Shown: one piece after another, positions 20,632-34,192 of the stretch
How the letters are laid out: every line of letters begins with the position of its first letter
Position numbering within the stretch: position 1 is the first letter of the stretch
Assembly: GCF_003018115.1 (NCBI RefSeq)
Contig: NZ_CP027457.1
DNA from: Escherichia coli
GTDB lineage: Bacteria > Pseudomonadota > Gammaproteobacteria > Enterobacterales > Enterobacteriaceae
Direction: 5' to 3' (one strand)
DNA length: 64,000 nucleotides
Notes under the pieces: model-generated
Database searches by the model: none
What the model was told of the DNA's origin: nothing
What the model saw: the letters and a program-made list of their open reading frames with translations, nothing else
Position numbers and translations under genes: made by a program

Positions 20632-21386
20632 TGGGAAATTCCTGGTTTACGGCCCGGTTGGGCGTCAAAGGTCATGCCGGTTTTACGGCGGCTGTCATCG
20701 CCCATCAGCCAGAGGTAGAGCGGCATGATATCAGCGGGTGTTTTAAGTTTCTGTGGATCTTCGGTCGGGAAGGCGCTGGCACGCATTGCGGTGCGCGTAC
20801 CGCCTGGGTTAATGCAGTTGACGCGCAGGCGCTGCTGATATTCATCGGCCAGTACCTGCATCATCCCTTCGGTGGCAAATTTCGACGCTGCATATGCGCC
20901 CCAGTTGGCTCGTCCCTGACGTCCAACGCTTGATGAAGTAAAGACCAGTGAACCGGCGTCCGATTTGAGTAATAAAGGAAGCAGTGCCTGGGTGAGCATA
21001 AAGGTGGCATTAACGTTGACCTGTATTACGTCCTGCCAGACCTGTGGATTTTGTTCGCTCATTGGACAAACATCGCCGAGCAATCCGGCATTATGCAAAA
21101 CACCATCCAGACGCGGATAATTAACGGCAATGCGCTGTGCCAGTTGTTGGCAATCTTCGGACCTGCAGGTCAGCAAATCGAGAATAAACCACTGTGGCTG
21201 ACGCCCAGTTTCTTCGTTTATGTGGCTGGCTACCTGACGTAATTTTTCTTCATTACGGCCCAACAGAATCACTGTCGCACCATAGCGTGCATACGTCATC
21301 GCGGCTTCACGACCAATACCATCACTGGCTCCCGTCACCAGGATAATGCGATCATTGAGTAAATCTTGTTTTGGCTGGTAATGCAT
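20628..21386 (-). CDS. yciK: Short-chain dehydrogenase/reductase YciK
   Basis: 252 aa; TGASDGIG cofactor motif; 4-bp overlap with btuR. Confidence 0.9.
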   Translation of the reverse strand: MHYQPKQDLLNDRIILVTGASDGIGREAAMTYARYGATVILLGRNEEKLRQVASHINEETGRQPQWFILDLLTCRSEDCQQLAQRIAVNYPRLDGVLHNAGLLGDVCPMSEQNPQVWQDVIQVNVNATFMLTQALLPLLLKSDAGSLVFTSSSVGRQGRANWGAYAASKFATEGMMQVLADEYQQRLRVNCINPGGTRTAMRASAFPTEDPQKLKTPADIMPLYLWLMGDDSRRKTGMTFDAQPGRKPGISQ

Positions 21387-21605
21387 GGCTACTCCTCAAC
21401 GACGTTGTCTGTCGCGCTGCCAGTGTACTTTATGACTTTGGGGCTTTATGCCTGAAACAGAAGGGCATTTCAATCAGCCTGGGGCGATAACACCGCAAAA
21501 TGGATACTTTGTCATACTTTCGCTGCAATAACATCTCTGCGAGACGGCTTAACATGCCTGTTGTAAACTGTGAGCCAAAGCGTTGTTTAACCAAGGTGGG
21601 GACTC

Positions 21606-22655
21606 GTGGAATTGTTGTCTGAATATGGTTTGTTTTTGGCGAAAATCGTTACCGTTGTGCTAGCGATTGCGGCGATTGCCGCCATTATTGTCAATGTTGC
21701 TCAACGTAATAAACGCCAGCGTGGCGAGTTACGGGTCAACAATCTCAGCGAACAGTATAAGGAGATGAAAGAAGAACTGGCCGCGGCGCTGATGGACTCA
21801 CATCAGCAAAAACAGTGGCACAAAGCGCAGAAGAAAAAGCATAAGCAAGAAGCGAAAGCAGCAAAAGCGAAAGCCAAACTGGGAGAGGTGGCAACTGACA
21901 GTAAACCCCGCGTCTGGGTGCTGGATTTTAAAGGCAGCATGGACGCCCATGAAGTGAACTCGCTACGTGAAGAGATAACGGCTGTACTAGCAGCATTCAA
22001 ACCGCAGGATCAGGTTGTACTACGTCTGGAAAGCCCTGGTGGCATGGTGCATGGTTACGGGTTGGCGGCTTCGCAGCTGCAGCGTCTGCGTGATAAAAAC
22101 ATTCCTTTAACTGTTACGGTAGACAAAGTCGCTGCCAGCGGCGGTTACATGATGGCCTGTGTGGCGGACAAAATTGTTTCCGCACCGTTTGCTATTGTGG
22201 GTTCCATTGGGGTGGTGGCGCAAATGCCCAACTTTAACCGCTTCCTGAAAAGCAAAGATATTGATATCGAACTTCACACCGCCGGGCAGTATAAGCGTAC
22301 GCTGACCTTGCTGGGTGAAAATACCGAAGAAGGGCGGGAGAAATTCCGCGAAGAGCTGAACGAAACGCATCAGTTATTTAAAGATTTTGTGAAGCGTATG
22401 CGTCCGTCTCTGGATATTGAACAGGTGGCAACGGGTGAACACTGGTACGGACAACAGGCGGTAGAGAAAGGCCTGGTTGATGAAATCAACACCAGTGATG
22501 AAGTTATTCTTAGCCTGATGGAAGGCCGAGAAGTGGTCAATGTACGCTATATGCAGCGTAAACGACTCATTGACCGATTCACCGGCAGCGCGGCAGAGAG
22601 CGCCGATCGATTATTGCTACGCTGGTGGCAGCGTGGGCAAAAGCCATTGATGTAA
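21606..22655 (+). CDS. sohB: Inner-membrane peptidase SohB (S49 family)
   Basis: 349 aa, GTG start, MELLSEYGLFLAKIVTVVLAIAA... Confidence 0.9.
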   Translation: MELLSEYGLFLAKIVTVVLAIAAIAAIIVNVAQRNKRQRGELRVNNLSEQYKEMKEELAAALMDSHQQKQWHKAQKKKHKQEAKAAKAKAKLGEVATDSKPRVWVLDFKGSMDAHEVNSLREEITAVLAAFKPQDQVVLRLESPGGMVHGYGLAASQLQRLRDKNIPLTVTVDKVAASGGYMMACVADKIVSAPFAIVGSIGVVAQMPNFNRFLKSKDIDIELHTAGQYKRTLTLLGENTEEGREKFREELNETHQLFKDFVKRMRPSLDIEQVATGEHWYGQQAVEKGLVDEINTSDEVILSLMEGREVVNVRYMQRKRLIDRFTGSAAESADRLLLRWWQRGQKPLM

Positions 22656-22662
22656 AAGACAA

Positions 22663-22690
22663 ACGCGAGGGTAAGACCTCGCGTTTTGCT
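22663..22690. terminator. Bidirectional terminator between sohB and yciN
   Basis: acgcgagg / cctcgcgt stem followed by TTTTGCTTT. Confidence 0.5.
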
Positions 22691-22942
22691 TTAATCAACC
22701 AGATGATATTTTTCTGAAAGCACATGGGCCAGGTGTTTGAACATATTAAACACCGCGGTGCTTTTGGCTGTTGGCAATCCTTGTTCATCTAAAAAGTAGT
22801 CGCCGGTAAATACCAGCACGCCATTACGCTGTGTGACGCCGGTGGCTTCAATCCCTGCGAGCGTATCCTCATGCTCACGAATGATTTTGTTGGCCTCTTT
22901 CAACAGCGTTTCGCGGTCGATGGGTTGTGTCTCTTTGTTCAT
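22691..22942 (-). CDS. yciN: DUF2498 protein YciN
   Basis: 83-aa ORF; position between sohB and topA. Confidence 0.85.
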
Positions 22943-23321
22943 TATTTACTCCTTAAACAAGGACATTAGTCTACGCCAGGCATGGCTTGCAGACAAATAT
23001 ACCACGCTGGTGGCAAGAGCGCCTTACTGGCAACTTTGGATTTTGCATGCTAATAAAGTTGCGTATCGGATTTTATCAGGTACAGTGTGACGCTTTCGTC
23101 AATCTGGCAATAGATTTGCTTGACATTCGACCAAAATTCCGTCGTGCTATAGCGCCTGTAGGCCAAGACCTGTTAACTCAGTCACCTGAATTTTCGTGAA
23201 CAGAGTCACGACAAGGGGTTGATATCCGCAGAGAGCGAGTCCATATCGGTAACTCGTTGCCAGTGGAAGGTTTATCAACGTGCGACGCATTCCTGGAAGA
23301 ATCAAATTAGGTAAGGTGAAT

Positions 23322-25919
23322 ATGGGTAAAGCTCTTGTCATCGTTGAGTCCCCGGCAAAAGCCAAAACGATCAACAAGTATCTGGGTAGTGACTACGTGG
23401 TGAAATCCAGCGTCGGTCACATCCGCGATTTGCCGACCAGTGGCTCAGCTGCCAAAAAGAGTGCCGACTCTACCTCCACCAAGACGGCTAAAAAGCCTAA
23501 AAAGGATGAACGTGGCGCTCTCGTCAACCGTATGGGGGTTGACCCGTGGCACAATTGGGAGGCGCACTATGAAGTGTTGCCTGGTAAAGAGAAGGTCGTC
23601 TCTGAACTGAAACAACTGGCTGAAAAAGCCGACCACATCTATCTCGCAACCGACCTTGACCGCGAAGGGGAAGCCATTGCATGGCACCTGCGGGAAGTGA
23701 TTGGTGGTGATGATGCGCGCTATAGCCGAGTGGTGTTTAACGAAATTACTAAAAACGCGATCCGCCAGGCATTTAACAAACCGGGTGAGCTGAATATTGA
23801 TCGTGTTAATGCCCAGCAGGCGCGTCGCTTTATGGACCGCGTGGTGGGGTATATGGTTTCGCCGCTGCTATGGAAAAAGATCGCTCGTGGTCTGTCTGCC
23901 GGTCGTGTGCAGTCGGTGGCAGTCCGCCTGGTGGTCGAGCGTGAGCGTGAAATTAAAGCGTTCGTGCCGGAAGAGTTCTGGGAAGTCGATGCCAGCACGA
24001 CCACGCCATCTGGTGAAGCGTTGGCGTTGCAGGTGACTCATCAGAACGACAAACCGTTCCGTCCGGTCAACAAAGAACAAACTCAGGCTGCGGTAAGTCT
24101 GCTGGAAAAAGCGCGCTACAGCGTGCTGGAACGTGAAGACAAACCGACAACCAGTAAACCTGGCGCTCCTTTTATTACCTCTACGCTGCAACAAGCTGCC
24201 AGCACCCGTCTTGGATTTGGCGTGAAAAAAACCATGATGATGGCGCAGCGTTTGTATGAAGCAGGCTATATCACTTACATGCGTACCGACTCTACTAACC
24301 TGAGTCAGGACGCGGTAAATATGGTTCGCGGTTATATCAGCGATAATTTTGGTAAGAAATATCTGCCGGAAAGTCCGAATCAGTACGCCAGCAAAGAAAA
24401 CTCACAGGAAGCGCACGAAGCGATTCGTCCTTCTGACGTCAATGTGATGGCGGAATCGTTGAAGGATATGGAAGCAGATGCGCAGAAACTGTACCAGTTA
24501 ATCTGGCGTCAGTTCGTTGCTTGCCAGATGACCCCAGCGAAATATGACTCCACGACGCTGACCGTTGGTGCGGGCGATTTCCGCCTGAAAGCACGCGGTC
24601 GTATTTTGCGCTTTGATGGCTGGACAAAAGTGATGCCTGCACTGCGTAAAGGCGATGAAGATCGTATCTTACCGGCAGTCGATAAAGGCGATGCTCTGAC
24701 GCTCGTTGAACTGACACCAGCCCAGCACTTTACCAAACCGCCAGCCCGTTTCAGTGAAGCATCGCTGGTTAAAGAGCTTGAAAAACGCGGTATCGGTCGT
24801 CCGTCTACCTATGCGTCGATCATTTCGACCATTCAGGACCGTGGCTATGTGCGTGTAGAAAACCGTCGTTTCTATGCGGAAAAAATGGGCGAAATCGTCA
24901 CCGATCGCCTGGAAGAGAATTTCCGCGAGTTAATGAACTACGACTTCACCGCGCAGATGGAAAACAGCCTCGACCAAGTGGCAAATCACGAAGCAGAGTG
25001 GAAAGCTGTACTGGATCACTTCTTCTCGGATTTCACTCAGCAGTTAGATAAAGCTGAAAAAGATCCGGAAGAGGGGGGTATGCGTCCGAACCAGATGGTT
25101 CTGACCAGCATCGACTGCCCGACCTGTGGTCGCAAAATGGGGATTCGCACAGCGAGCACCGGGGTATTCCTTGGCTGTTCTGGCTATGCGCTGCCGCCGA
25201 AAGAGCGTTGCAAAACCACCATTAACCTGGTGCCGGAAAACGAAGTGCTGAACGTGCTGGAAGGCGAAGACGCTGAAACCAACGCGCTGCGCGCAAAACG
25301 TCGTTGCCCGAAATGCGGCACGGCGATGGACAGCTATCTCATCGATCCGAAACGTAAGTTGCATGTCTGTGGTAATAACCCAACCTGCGACGGTTACGAG
25401 ATCGAAGAGGGCGAATTCCGCATTAAAGGTTATGACGGCCCGATCGTTGAGTGTGAAAAATGTGGTTCTGAAATGCACCTGAAAATGGGGCGTTTCGGTA
25501 AATATATGGCCTGCACCAACGAAGAGTGTAAAAACACGCGTAAGATTTTACGTAACGGCGAAGTGGCTCCACCGAAAGAAGATCCGGTACCATTACCGGA
25601 GCTGCCGTGCGAAAAATCAGATGCCTATTTCGTGCTGCGTGACGGTGCTGCCGGTGTGTTCCTGGCGGCCAATACCTTCCCGAAATCGCGTGAAACGCGT
25701 GCGCCGCTGGTGGAAGAGCTGTATCGCTTCCGCGATCGTCTGCCGGAAAAACTGCGTTATCTGGCCGATGCGCCGCAGCAGGATCCGGAAGGTAATAAGA
25801 CCATGGTTCGCTTTAGCCGTAAAACCAAACAGCAATATGTCTCTTCGGAAAAAGACGGAAAGGCGACTGGCTGGTCAGCATTTTATGTTGATGGCAAATG
25901 GGTTGAAGGAAAAAAATAA
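23322..25919 (+). CDS. topA: DNA topoisomerase I
   Basis: 865 aa from [23 protein letters not shown]-terminal zinc-ribbon Cys clusters. Confidence 0.95.
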   Translation: MGKALVIVESPAKAKTINKYLGSDYVVKSSVGHIRDLPTSGSAAKKSADSTSTKTAKKPKKDERGALVNRMGVDPWHNWEAHYEVLPGKEKVVSELKQLAEKADHIYLATDLDREGEAIAWHLREVIGGDDARYSRVVFNEITKNAIRQAFNKPGELNIDRVNAQQARRFMDRVVGYMVSPLLWKKIARGLSAGRVQSVAVRLVVEREREIKAFVPEEFWEVDASTTTPSGEALALQVTHQNDKPFRPVNKEQTQAAVSLLEKARYSVLEREDKPTTSKPGAPFITSTLQQAASTRLGFGVKKTMMMAQRLYEAGYITYMRTDSTNLSQDAVNMVRGYISDNFGKKYLPESPNQYASKENSQEAHEAIRPSDVNVMAESLKDMEADAQKLYQLIWRQFVACQMTPAKYDSTTLTVGAGDFRLKARGRILRFDGWTKVMPALRKGDEDRILPAVDKGDALTLVELTPAQHFTKPPARFSEASLVKELEKRGIGRPSTYASIISTIQDRGYVRVENRRFYAEKMGEIVTDRLEENFRELMNYDFTAQMENSLDQVANHEAEWKAVLDHFFSDFTQQLDKAEKDPEEGGMRPNQMVLTSIDCPTCGRKMGIRTASTGVFLGCSGYALPPKERCKTTINLVPENEVLNVLEGEDAETNALRAKRRCPKCGTAMDSYLIDPKRKLHVCGNNPTCDGYEIEEGEFRIKGYDGPIVECEKCGSEMHLKMGRFGKYMACTNEECKNTRKILRNGEVAPPKEDPVPLPELPCEKSDAYFVLRDGAAGVFLAANTFPKSRETRAPLVEELYRFRDRLPEKLRYLADAPQQDPEGNKTMVRFSRKTKQQYVSSEKDGKATGWSAFYVDGKWVEGKK

Positions 25920-25950
25920 CCTTTAATTCTGTCAGGTTTTTATAAACAAA

Positions 25951-25976
25951 GGGTCGCGAAAGCGGCCCTTTTTTAT
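25951..25976 (+). terminator. topA terminator
   Basis: 7-bp stem with GAAA loop (25952-25969) followed by T6. Confidence 0.55.
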
Positions 25977-26104
25977 TGCATATTATTTTTTCTTCACACC
26001 TATACACTAAGGCTATAAATGATATAGTGGTTATAGTTAGCACCTTTTTTATTATTAAATCGTATTAGTCACCCGCCTGGTGTGACGAAAAAACGATGTT
26101 CTGA

Positions 26105-27103
<999 letters not shown>

Positions 27104-27117
27104 TTTCTTGCGTTATT

Positions 27118-27156
27118 TTCGGCACCTTTTTTGTAGCGAAGGTGCCGAAATATATT
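27118..27156 (+). terminator. Putative cysB terminator
   Basis: ttcggcacc / ggtgccgaa stem with a long loop, AT-rich tail. Confidence 0.4.
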
Positions 27157-27420
27157 TTCTTTTGTTACTTATTTGTATATCGTGCACAATATTTTATCCC
27201 TCATATTTATAGGGTAAATTACCTGTAAAGTAGTGTCTAATTACCCGCCTCGCAAACTCCAGTTTTCAAATATCTATTTCAGGTCAAAAGATTGAATTAT
27301 TCACTGAAGACGATTCGTAAATTCGCTGGATTTTTGACTAAAGTTTCTTTAGGATTTGTCTCATCGTATGATTAATTACACCAATCGTTCAACGTCTTGC
27401 TGATAAGTGATGGCGATTAT

Positions 27421-27561
27421 ATGAGGTTAGCAATGCCTTCTGGAAATCAGGAACCCCGCCGCGATCCTGAATTAAAACGTAAAGCCTGGCTGGCGGTTTT
27501 TCTTGGTTCTGCACTTTTCTGGGTGGTTGTCGCACTGCTGATTTGGAAAGTGTGGGGATAA
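27421..27561 (+). CDS. ymiA: Small membrane protein YmiA
   Basis: 46 codons with one hydrophobic helix, in the position of ymiA upstream of acnA. Confidence 0.5.
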   Translation: MRLAMPSGNQEPRRDPELKRKAWLAVFLGSALFWVVVALLIWKVWG

Positions 27562-27563
27562 CT

Positions 27564-27731
27564 ATGGTTGGTCAGGAGCAACTGGAGTCGTCACCATTAT
27601 GCCAGGATAGTGACAATGAACCAGAAACGAAACGGGAATGTTCCGTCGTTATTCCAGACGACTGGCAACTAACATCGCAGCAGCAAGCCTTTATAGAACT
27701 GTTTGCTGAAGATGATCAGCCGAAACAATAA
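27564..27731 (+). CDS. yciX: Small protein YciX
   Basis: 55 codons from MVGQEQLESSPL... directly after ymiA. Confidence 0.45.
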   Translation: MVGQEQLESSPLCQDSDNEPETKRECSVVIPDDWQLTSQQQAFIELFAEDDQPKQ

Positions 27732-28103
27732 TTATCATCATTCTTATTACCCATTTTTAATGAATTAAAGGGCTTTTAATACACCGCAGCAATAACAGGT
27801 TGAGTTATCTCAACACAAAGTAATAACCGTTAAGGGTGTAGCCTATGATCAACACAAATATGAAATATTGGTCCTGGATGGGCGCGTTTTCTCTGTCGAT
27901 GCTCTTCTGGGCCGAACTCCTCTGGATCATTACTCACTGATCCTTGACCCCGCTGCGGCGGGGTTTTCATTTGCTTTGCCACAAGCTTTCTCCTCTTTTA
28001 TCAATTTGGGTTGTTATCAAATCGTTACGCGATGTTTGTGTTATCTTTAATATTCACCCTGAAGAGAATCAGGGCTTCGCAACCCTGTCATTAAGGAGGA
28101 GCT

Positions 28104-30779
28104 ATGTCGTCAACCCTACGAGAAGCCAGTAAGGACACGTTGCAGGCCAAAGATAAAACTTACCACTACTACAGCCTGCCGCTTGCTGCCAAATCACTGG
28201 GCGATATCACCCGTCTACCCAAGTCACTCAAAGTTTTGCTCGAAAACCTGCTGCGCTGGCAGGATGGTAACTCGGTTACCGAAGAGGATATCCACGAGCT
28301 GGCGGGATGGCTGAAAAATGCCCATGCTGACCGTGAAATTGCCTACCGCCCGGCAAGGGTGCTGATGCAGGACTTTACCGGCGTACCTGCCGTTGTTGAT
28401 CTCGCTGCAATGCGCGAAGCGGTTAAACGCCTCGGCGGCGATACTGCAAAGGTTAATCCGCTCTCACCGGTCGACCTGGTCATTGACCACTCGGTGACCG
28501 TCGATCGTTTTGGTGATGATGAGGCATTTGAAGAAAACGTACGCCTGGAAATGGAGCGCAACCACGAACGTTATGTGTTCCTGAAATGGGGAAAGCAAGC
28601 GTTCAGTCGGTTTAGCGTCGTGCCGCCAGGCACAGGCATTTGCCATCAGGTTAACCTCGAATATCTCGGCAAAGCAGTGTGGAGCGAATTGCAGGACGGT
28701 GAATGGATTGCTTATCCGGATACACTCGTTGGTACTGACTCGCACACCACCATGATCAACGGCCTTGGCGTGCTGGGGTGGGGCGTTGGTGGGATCGAAG
28801 CAGAAGCCGCAATGTTAGGCCAGCCGGTTTCCATGCTTATCCCGGACGTAGTGGGCTTCAAACTTACCGGAAAATTACGTGAAGGTATTACCGCCACAGA
28901 CCTGGTTCTCACTGTTACCCAAATGCTGCGCAAACATGGCGTGGTCGGGAAATTCGTCGAATTTTATGGTGATGGTCTGGATTCACTACCGTTGGCGGAT
29001 CGCGCCACCATTGCCAATATGTCGCCAGAATATGGTGCCACCTGTGGCTTCTTCCCAATCGATGCTGTAACCCTCGATTACATGCGTTTAAGCGGGCGCA
29101 GCGAAGATCAGGTCGAGTTGGTCGAAAAATATGCCAAAGCGCAGGGCATGTGGCGTAACCCGGGCGATGAACCGATTTTTACCAGTACGTTAGAACTGGA
29201 TATGAATGACGTTGAAGCGAGCCTGGCAGGGCCAAAACGCCCACAGGATCGCGTTGCACTGCCCGATGTACCAAAAGCATTTGCCGCCAGTAACGAACTG
29301 GAAGTGAATGCCACGCATAAAGATCGCCAGCCGGTCGATTATGTTATGAACGGACATCAGTATCAGTTACCTGATGGCGCTGTGGTCATTGCTGCGATAA
29401 CCTCGTGCACCAACACCTCTAACCCAAGTGTGCTGATGGCCGCAGGCTTGCTGGCGAAAAAAGCCGTAACTCTGGGCCTCAAGCGGCAACCGTGGGTCAA
29501 AGCGTCGCTGGCACCAGGCTCGAAAGTTGTTTCTGACTATCTGGCAAAAGCGAAACTGACACCGTATCTCGACGAACTGGGGTTTAACCTTGTGGGATAC
29601 GGTTGTACCACCTGTATTGGTAACTCTGGGCCGCTGCCCGATCCTATCGAAACGGCAATCAAAAAAGGCGATTTAACCGTCGGTGCAGTGCTGTCCGGCA
29701 ACCGTAACTTTGAAGGCCGTATCCATCCGCTGGTTAAAACCAACTGGCTGGCCTCGCCGCCGCTGGTGGTTGCCTATGCGCTGGCGGGAAATATGAATAT
29801 CAACCTGGCTTCTGAGCCTATTGGTCATGATCGTAAAGGCGATCCGGTTTATCTGAAAGATATCTGGCCATCGGCACAAGAAATTGCCCGTGCGGTAGAA
29901 CAAGTCTCCACAGAAATGTTCCGCAAAGAGTACGCAGAAGTCTTTGAAGGCACTGCAGAGTGGAAAGAAATTAACGTCGTACGATCCGATACCTACGGAT
30001 GGCAGGAGGATTCAACCTATATTCGTTTATCGCCTTTCTTTGATGAAATGCAGGCAACACCAGCACCTGTGGAAGATATTCACGGTGCGCGGATCCTCGC
30101 AATGCTGGGGGATTCAGTCACCACTGACCATATCTCTCCGGCGGGCAGTATTAAGCCCGACAGCCCGGCAGGTCGATATCTACAAGGTCGGGGTGTTGAG
30201 CGGAAAGACTTTAACTCCTACGGTTCGCGGCGTGGTAACCATGAAGTGATGATGCGCGGCACCTTCGCCAATATTCGCATCCGTAATGAAATGGTGCCTG
30301 GCGTTGAAGGGGGGATGACGCGGCATTTACCTGACAGCGACGTAGTCTCTATTTATGATGCTGCGATGCGCTATAAGCAGGAGCAAACGCCACTGGCGGT
30401 GATTGCCGGGAAAGAGTATGGATCAGGCTCCAGCCGTGACTGGGCGGCAAAAGGTCCGCGTCTGCTTGGAATTCGTGTGGTGATTGCCGAATCGTTTGAA
30501 CGAATTCACCGTTCGAATTTAATTGGCATGGGCATCCTGCCGCTGGAATTTCCGCAAGGCGTGACGCGTAAAACGTTAGGGCTAACCGGGGAAGAGAAGA
30601 TTGATATTGTCGATCTGCAAAATCTACAACCCGGCGCGACGGTTCCGGTGACGCTTACGCGCGCGGATGGTAGCCAGGAAGTCGTACCCTGCCGTTGTCG
30701 TATCGACACCGCGACGGAGTTGACCTACTACCAGAACGACGGCATTTTGCATTATGTCATTCGTAATATGTTGAAGTAA
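28104..30779 (+). CDS. acnA: Aconitate hydratase A
   Basis: 891 aa; aconitase Cys ligand context and SGNRNFEGR motif. Confidence 0.95.
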   Translation: MSSTLREASKDTLQAKDKTYHYYSLPLAAKSLGDITRLPKSLKVLLENLLRWQDGNSVTEEDIHELAGWLKNAHADREIAYRPARVLMQDFTGVPAVVDLAAMREAVKRLGGDTAKVNPLSPVDLVIDHSVTVDRFGDDEAFEENVRLEMERNHERYVFLKWGKQAFSRFSVVPPGTGICHQVNLEYLGKAVWSELQDGEWIAYPDTLVGTDSHTTMINGLGVLGWGVGGIEAEAAMLGQPVSMLIPDVVGFKLTGKLREGITATDLVLTVTQMLRKHGVVGKFVEFYGDGLDSLPLADRATIANMSPEYGATCGFFPIDAVTLDYMRLSGRSEDQVELVEKYAKAQGMWRNPGDEPIFTSTLELDMNDVEASLAGPKRPQDRVALPDVPKAFAASNELEVNATHKDRQPVDYVMNGHQYQLPDGAVVIAAITSCTNTSNPSVLMAAGLLAKKAVTLGLKRQPWVKASLAPGSKVVSDYLAKAKLTPYLDELGFNLVGYGCTTCIGNSGPLPDPIETAIKKGDLTVGAVLSGNRNFEGRIHPLVKTNWLASPPLVVAYALAGNMNINLASEPIGHDRKGDPVYLKDIWPSAQEIARAVEQVSTEMFRKEYAEVFEGTAEWKEINVVRSDTYGWQEDSTYIRLSPFFDEMQATPAPVEDIHGARILAMLGDSVTTDHISPAGSIKPDSPAGRYLQGRGVERKDFNSYGSRRGNHEVMMRGTFANIRIRNEMVPGVEGGMTRHLPDSDVVSIYDAAMRYKQEQTPLAVIAGKEYGSGSSRDWAAKGPRLLGIRVVIAESFERIHRSNLIGMGILPLEFPQGVTRKTLGLTGEEKIDIVDLQNLQPGATVPVTLTRADGSQEVVPCRCRIDTATELTYYQNDGILHYVIRNMLK

Positions 30780-30786
30780 CAAGTAT

Positions 30787-30823
30787 TTGCTTGCCGGTTA
30801 TTTTGCTTCCGGCAAGCAAAAGA
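30787..30823. terminator. Bidirectional terminator between acnA and ribA
   Basis: ttgcttgccgg / ccggcaagcaa 11-bp stem. Confidence 0.55.
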
Positions 30824-30842
30824 ATTACACAATGCAAGAGGG

Positions 30843-31433
30843 TTATTTGTTCAGCAAATGACCCATTTTCTCGGCTTTGGTATCGAGATAATGTTCGTTA
30901 TTGGGGTTACGACCTACAATCAACGGTACGCGTTCAACAATATTAATTCCTGCTTCGGTCAGAATTTCGACTTTTTTCGGGTTATTGGTTAACAAGCGGA
31001 CTTCATTGACGCCAAGAAGTTTGAACATATCAGCGCAAAGAGTGAAGTCGCGCTCATCAGCGGCGAAGCCTAACTGGTGGTTAGCCTCTACAGTATCGTA
31101 ACCTTGGTCCTGCAGTGCGTAAGCGCGGATTTTATTCAGCAGACCAATGTTACGACCTTCCTGACGGTGATACAGCAAAATACCACGGCCTTCCTCGGCA
31201 ATTTGCGTCAATGCCGCTTCGAGCTGGAAGCCACAATCGCAGCGCAAGCTGAACAGGGCGTCACCGGTCAGACATTCGGAATGGACGCGCGCAAGTACCG
31301 GGGTATGCCCGGAAATATCGCCATAGACTAGCGCGACATGATCGTGTCCGGTTGCCAGTTCTTCAAATCCCACCATCAGGAAATCGCCCCATGGGGTTGG
31401 CAGTTTGGCTTCTGCCACACGTTTAAGCTGCAT
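30843..31433 (-). CDS. ribA: GTP cyclohydrolase II
   Basis: 196 aa from [18 protein letters not shown]...; Cys cluster [15 protein letters not shown]. Confidence 0.95.
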
Positions 31434-31602
31434 GAAATTCTCCAGATAATGCTGGTTCTGTATTGGCTTATTTTGCCATAACGAGAAGGGGTTCACCTAA
31501 TCACGACGTGTCGATCGTTCACGGAATGGCACAAATCTGTCAATTTTTCCTGGAACTGGCATTTTCAGTTATGATTGTGGGACTTATCAAAAAGGAGAGG
31601 CC

Positions 31603-32367
31603 ATGCGTTCGATTGCCCGACGTACCGCAGTGGGAGCTGCACTATTGCTTGTTATGCCAGTAGCCGTATGGATTTCTGGCTGGCGTTGGCAACCTGGAGA
31701 ACAAAGTTGGCTACTAAAAGCGGCTTTTTGGGTTACTGAAACTGTCACCCAGCCCTGGGGCGTCATTACACATTTGATTTTATTCGGCTGGTTTCTCTGG
31801 TGTCTGCGTTTTCGCATTAAGGCTGCCTTTGTATTATTTGCCATTCTGGCGGCGGCAATCCTTGTGGGACAAGGCGTTAAATCCTGGATCAAAGACAAAG
31901 TCCAGGAACCAAGACCTTTTGTTATCTGGCTGGAAAAAACACATCATATTCCGGTTGATGAGTTCTACACTTTAAAGCGAGCAGAACGCGGAAATCTAGT
32001 GAAAGAACAGTTGGCTGAAGAGAAAAATATTCCACAATATTTGCGTTCACACTGGCAGAAAGAGACGGGGTTTGCCTTTCCTTCCGGTCACACGATGTTT
32101 GCTGCCAGTTGGGCACTGCTGGCCGTTGGTTTGCTGTGGCCGCGTCGGCGAACGTTAACCATTGCTATCTTGTTGGTCTGGGCAACGGGAGTCATGGGAA
32201 GCCGCCTGCTGCTCGGGATGCATTGGCCACGCGATCTGGTGGTAGCTACGTTGATTTCGTGGGCGCTGGTGGCGGTGGCAACGTGGCTTACGCAACGAAT
32301 TTGTGGGCCATTAACACCGCCTGCGGAAGAAAATCGCGAAATAGCGCAACGAGAACAAGAAAGTTAA
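31603..32367 (+). CDS. pgpB: Phosphatidylglycerophosphatase B
   Basis: 254 aa; PAP2 motifs (SGHT, lipid-phosphatase signature). Confidence 0.9.
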   Translation: MRSIARRTAVGAALLLVMPVAVWISGWRWQPGEQSWLLKAAFWVTETVTQPWGVITHLILFGWFLWCLRFRIKAAFVLFAILAAAILVGQGVKSWIKDKVQEPRPFVIWLEKTHHIPVDEFYTLKRAERGNLVKEQLAEEKNIPQYLRSHWQKETGFAFPSGHTMFAASWALLAVGLLWPRRRTLTIAILLVWATGVMGSRLLLGMHWPRDLVVATLISWALVAVATWLTQRICGPLTPPAEENREIAQREQES

Positions 32368-32515
32368 CGCTGGTTGATTTTCCGAATTTAGCCCTTAAAT
32401 CATCAACAATGCGCGTGGATGCCATTTCGCAGACGGCGCGAAGATGGTACTTTAAAGGGCTATTGCGGTAAGTTGACCATAATTTATTCGCTCTAACCAC
32501 ATAACGGGAAGTAAT

Positions 32516-32824
32516 GTGAAATATTTACTCATTTTCTTACTGGTGTTAGCGATCTTCGTGATTTCGGTCACGTTGGGTGCGCAGAACGATCAACAGGTGA
32601 CGTTTAATTATCTGTTAGCGCAAGGGGAGTACCGTATTTCCACATTGCTGGCGGTATTGTTTGCTGCGGGTTTTGCTATCGGTTGGTTGATTTGTGGCCT
32701 GTTCTGGCTGCGAGTTCGTGTTTCCCTGGCGCGCGCTGAACGTAAAATAAAGCGACTGGAAAACCAGCTTTCACCCGCGACTGACGTGGCTGTAGCGCCG
32801 CACTCGTCAGTGGCGAAGGAATAA
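32516..32824 (+). CDS. lapA: LPS assembly protein LapA (YciS)
   Basis: 102 aa, two hydrophobic helices, immediately upstream of lapB. Confidence 0.85.
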   Translation: MKYLLIFLLVLAIFVISVTLGAQNDQQVTFNYLLAQGEYRISTLLAVLFAAGFAIGWLICGLFWLRVRVSLARAERKIKRLENQLSPATDVAVAPHSSVAKE

Positions 32825-32830
32825 CTTTCT

Positions 32831-34000
32831 ATGCTGGAGTTGTTGTTTCTGCTTTTGCCTGTAGCCGCTGCCTATGGCTGGTATATGGGCCGCAGAAGTG
32901 CGCAACAAAACAAGCAAGATGAAGCCAACCGCTTGTCGCGTGATTACGTAGCGGGGGTTAACTTCCTGCTTAGTAATCAACAGGATAAAGCGGTAGACCT
33001 GTTTCTCGATATGCTTAAAGAGGATACAGGCACCGTTGAAGCCCACCTTACGCTCGGAAACCTGTTCCGTTCGCGTGGCGAAGTTGATCGCGCTATTCGC
33101 ATCCATCAGACCCTAATGGAAAGCGCCTCGCTGACCTATGAACAGCGTCTGTTGGCGATTCAACAACTGGGGCGTGATTACATGGCCGCTGGGTTATACG
33201 ACCGCGCGGAAGACATGTTCAATCAGCTGACCGATGAAACTGACTTCCGCATTGGTGCGCTGCAACAGTTGCTACAAATCTACCAGGCTACCAGCGAGTG
33301 GCAGAAAGCAATTGATGTTGCCGAACGCCTGGTGAAGCTGGGTAAAGATAAACAGCGCGTCGAAATTGCCCATTTCTACTGTGAGTTAGCCCTGCAGCAT
33401 ATGGCCAGCGACGATCTCGATCGTGCCATGACCTTGCTAAAAAAAGGGGCGGCGGCAGATAAAAACAGCGCCCGCGTATCCATCATGATGGGACGCGTGT
33501 TTATGGCGAAAGGAGAATACGCCAAAGCCGTCGAAAGTTTGCAACGCGTGATATCCCAGGACAGAGAACTGGTCAGCGAAACGCTGGAAATGTTGCAAAC
33601 CTGCTATCAGCAGTTGGGTAAAACTGCCGAATGGGCAGAATTCCTGCAGCGCGCGGTGGAAGAGAACACCGGCGCCGATGCTGAATTGATGCTTGCGGAT
33701 ATCATCGAAGCGCGCGACGGTAGTGAGGCTGCACAGGTCTATATTACGCGCCAGCTTCAGCGTCATCCGACCATGCGTGTGTTCCATAAGTTAATGGATT
33801 ACCACTTAAATGAAGCGGAAGAAGGGCGTGCCAAAGAGAGCCTGATGGTGCTGCGTGACATGGTTGGCGAAAAGGTACGTAGTAAGCCTCGTTATCGCTG
33901 CCAGAAATGTGGTTTTACCGCATACACCCTCTACTGGCATTGTCCGTCTTGTCGGGCCTGGTCAACCATTAAACCGATTCGCGGTCTTGATGGCCTGTAA
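32831..34000 (+). CDS. lapB: LPS assembly protein LapB (YciM), TPR and rubredoxin-like
   Basis: 389 aa; C-terminal CQKCG...CPSC zinc-ribbon. Confidence 0.9.
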   Translation: MLELLFLLLPVAAAYGWYMGRRSAQQNKQDEANRLSRDYVAGVNFLLSNQQDKAVDLFLDMLKEDTGTVEAHLTLGNLFRSRGEVDRAIRIHQTLMESASLTYEQRLLAIQQLGRDYMAAGLYDRAEDMFNQLTDETDFRIGALQQLLQIYQATSEWQKAIDVAERLVKLGKDKQRVEIAHFYCELALQHMASDDLDRAMTLLKKGAAADKNSARVSIMMGRVFMAKGEYAKAVESLQRVISQDRELVSETLEMLQTCYQQLGKTAEWAEFLQRAVEENTGADAELMLADIIEARDGSEAAQVYITRQLQRHPTMRVFHKLMDYHLNEAEEGRAKESLMVLRDMVGEKVRSKPRYRCQKCGFTAYTLYWHCPSCRAWSTIKPIRGLDGL

Positions 34001-34192
34001 TTTTTTAAAAAAACCGACTTTAGTTACAACATACTAGTTATTGATGTCCCATTGTGCTCCGGCAATGACGGCGCAGAAAAAGCCTGCCAGGGGAGAAATC
34101 GCAACTGTTAATTTTTTATTTCCACGGGTAGAATGCTCGCCGTTTACCTGTTTCGCGCCACTTCCGGTGCCCATCATCAAGAAGGTCTGGTC

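Noticed and set aside
23280-23321. Upstream extensions of topA (shown), and likewise of pyrF (34133), ribA (to 31496), puuA (to 53167), puuC (54828), puuP (to 51422), yciW (to 42457), pspF (to 60106), yciF and yciG
   Set aside because: Track ORFs begin at the first in-frame start after a stop; the shorter starts match the recalled N-termini and have better spacing to neighbouring genes
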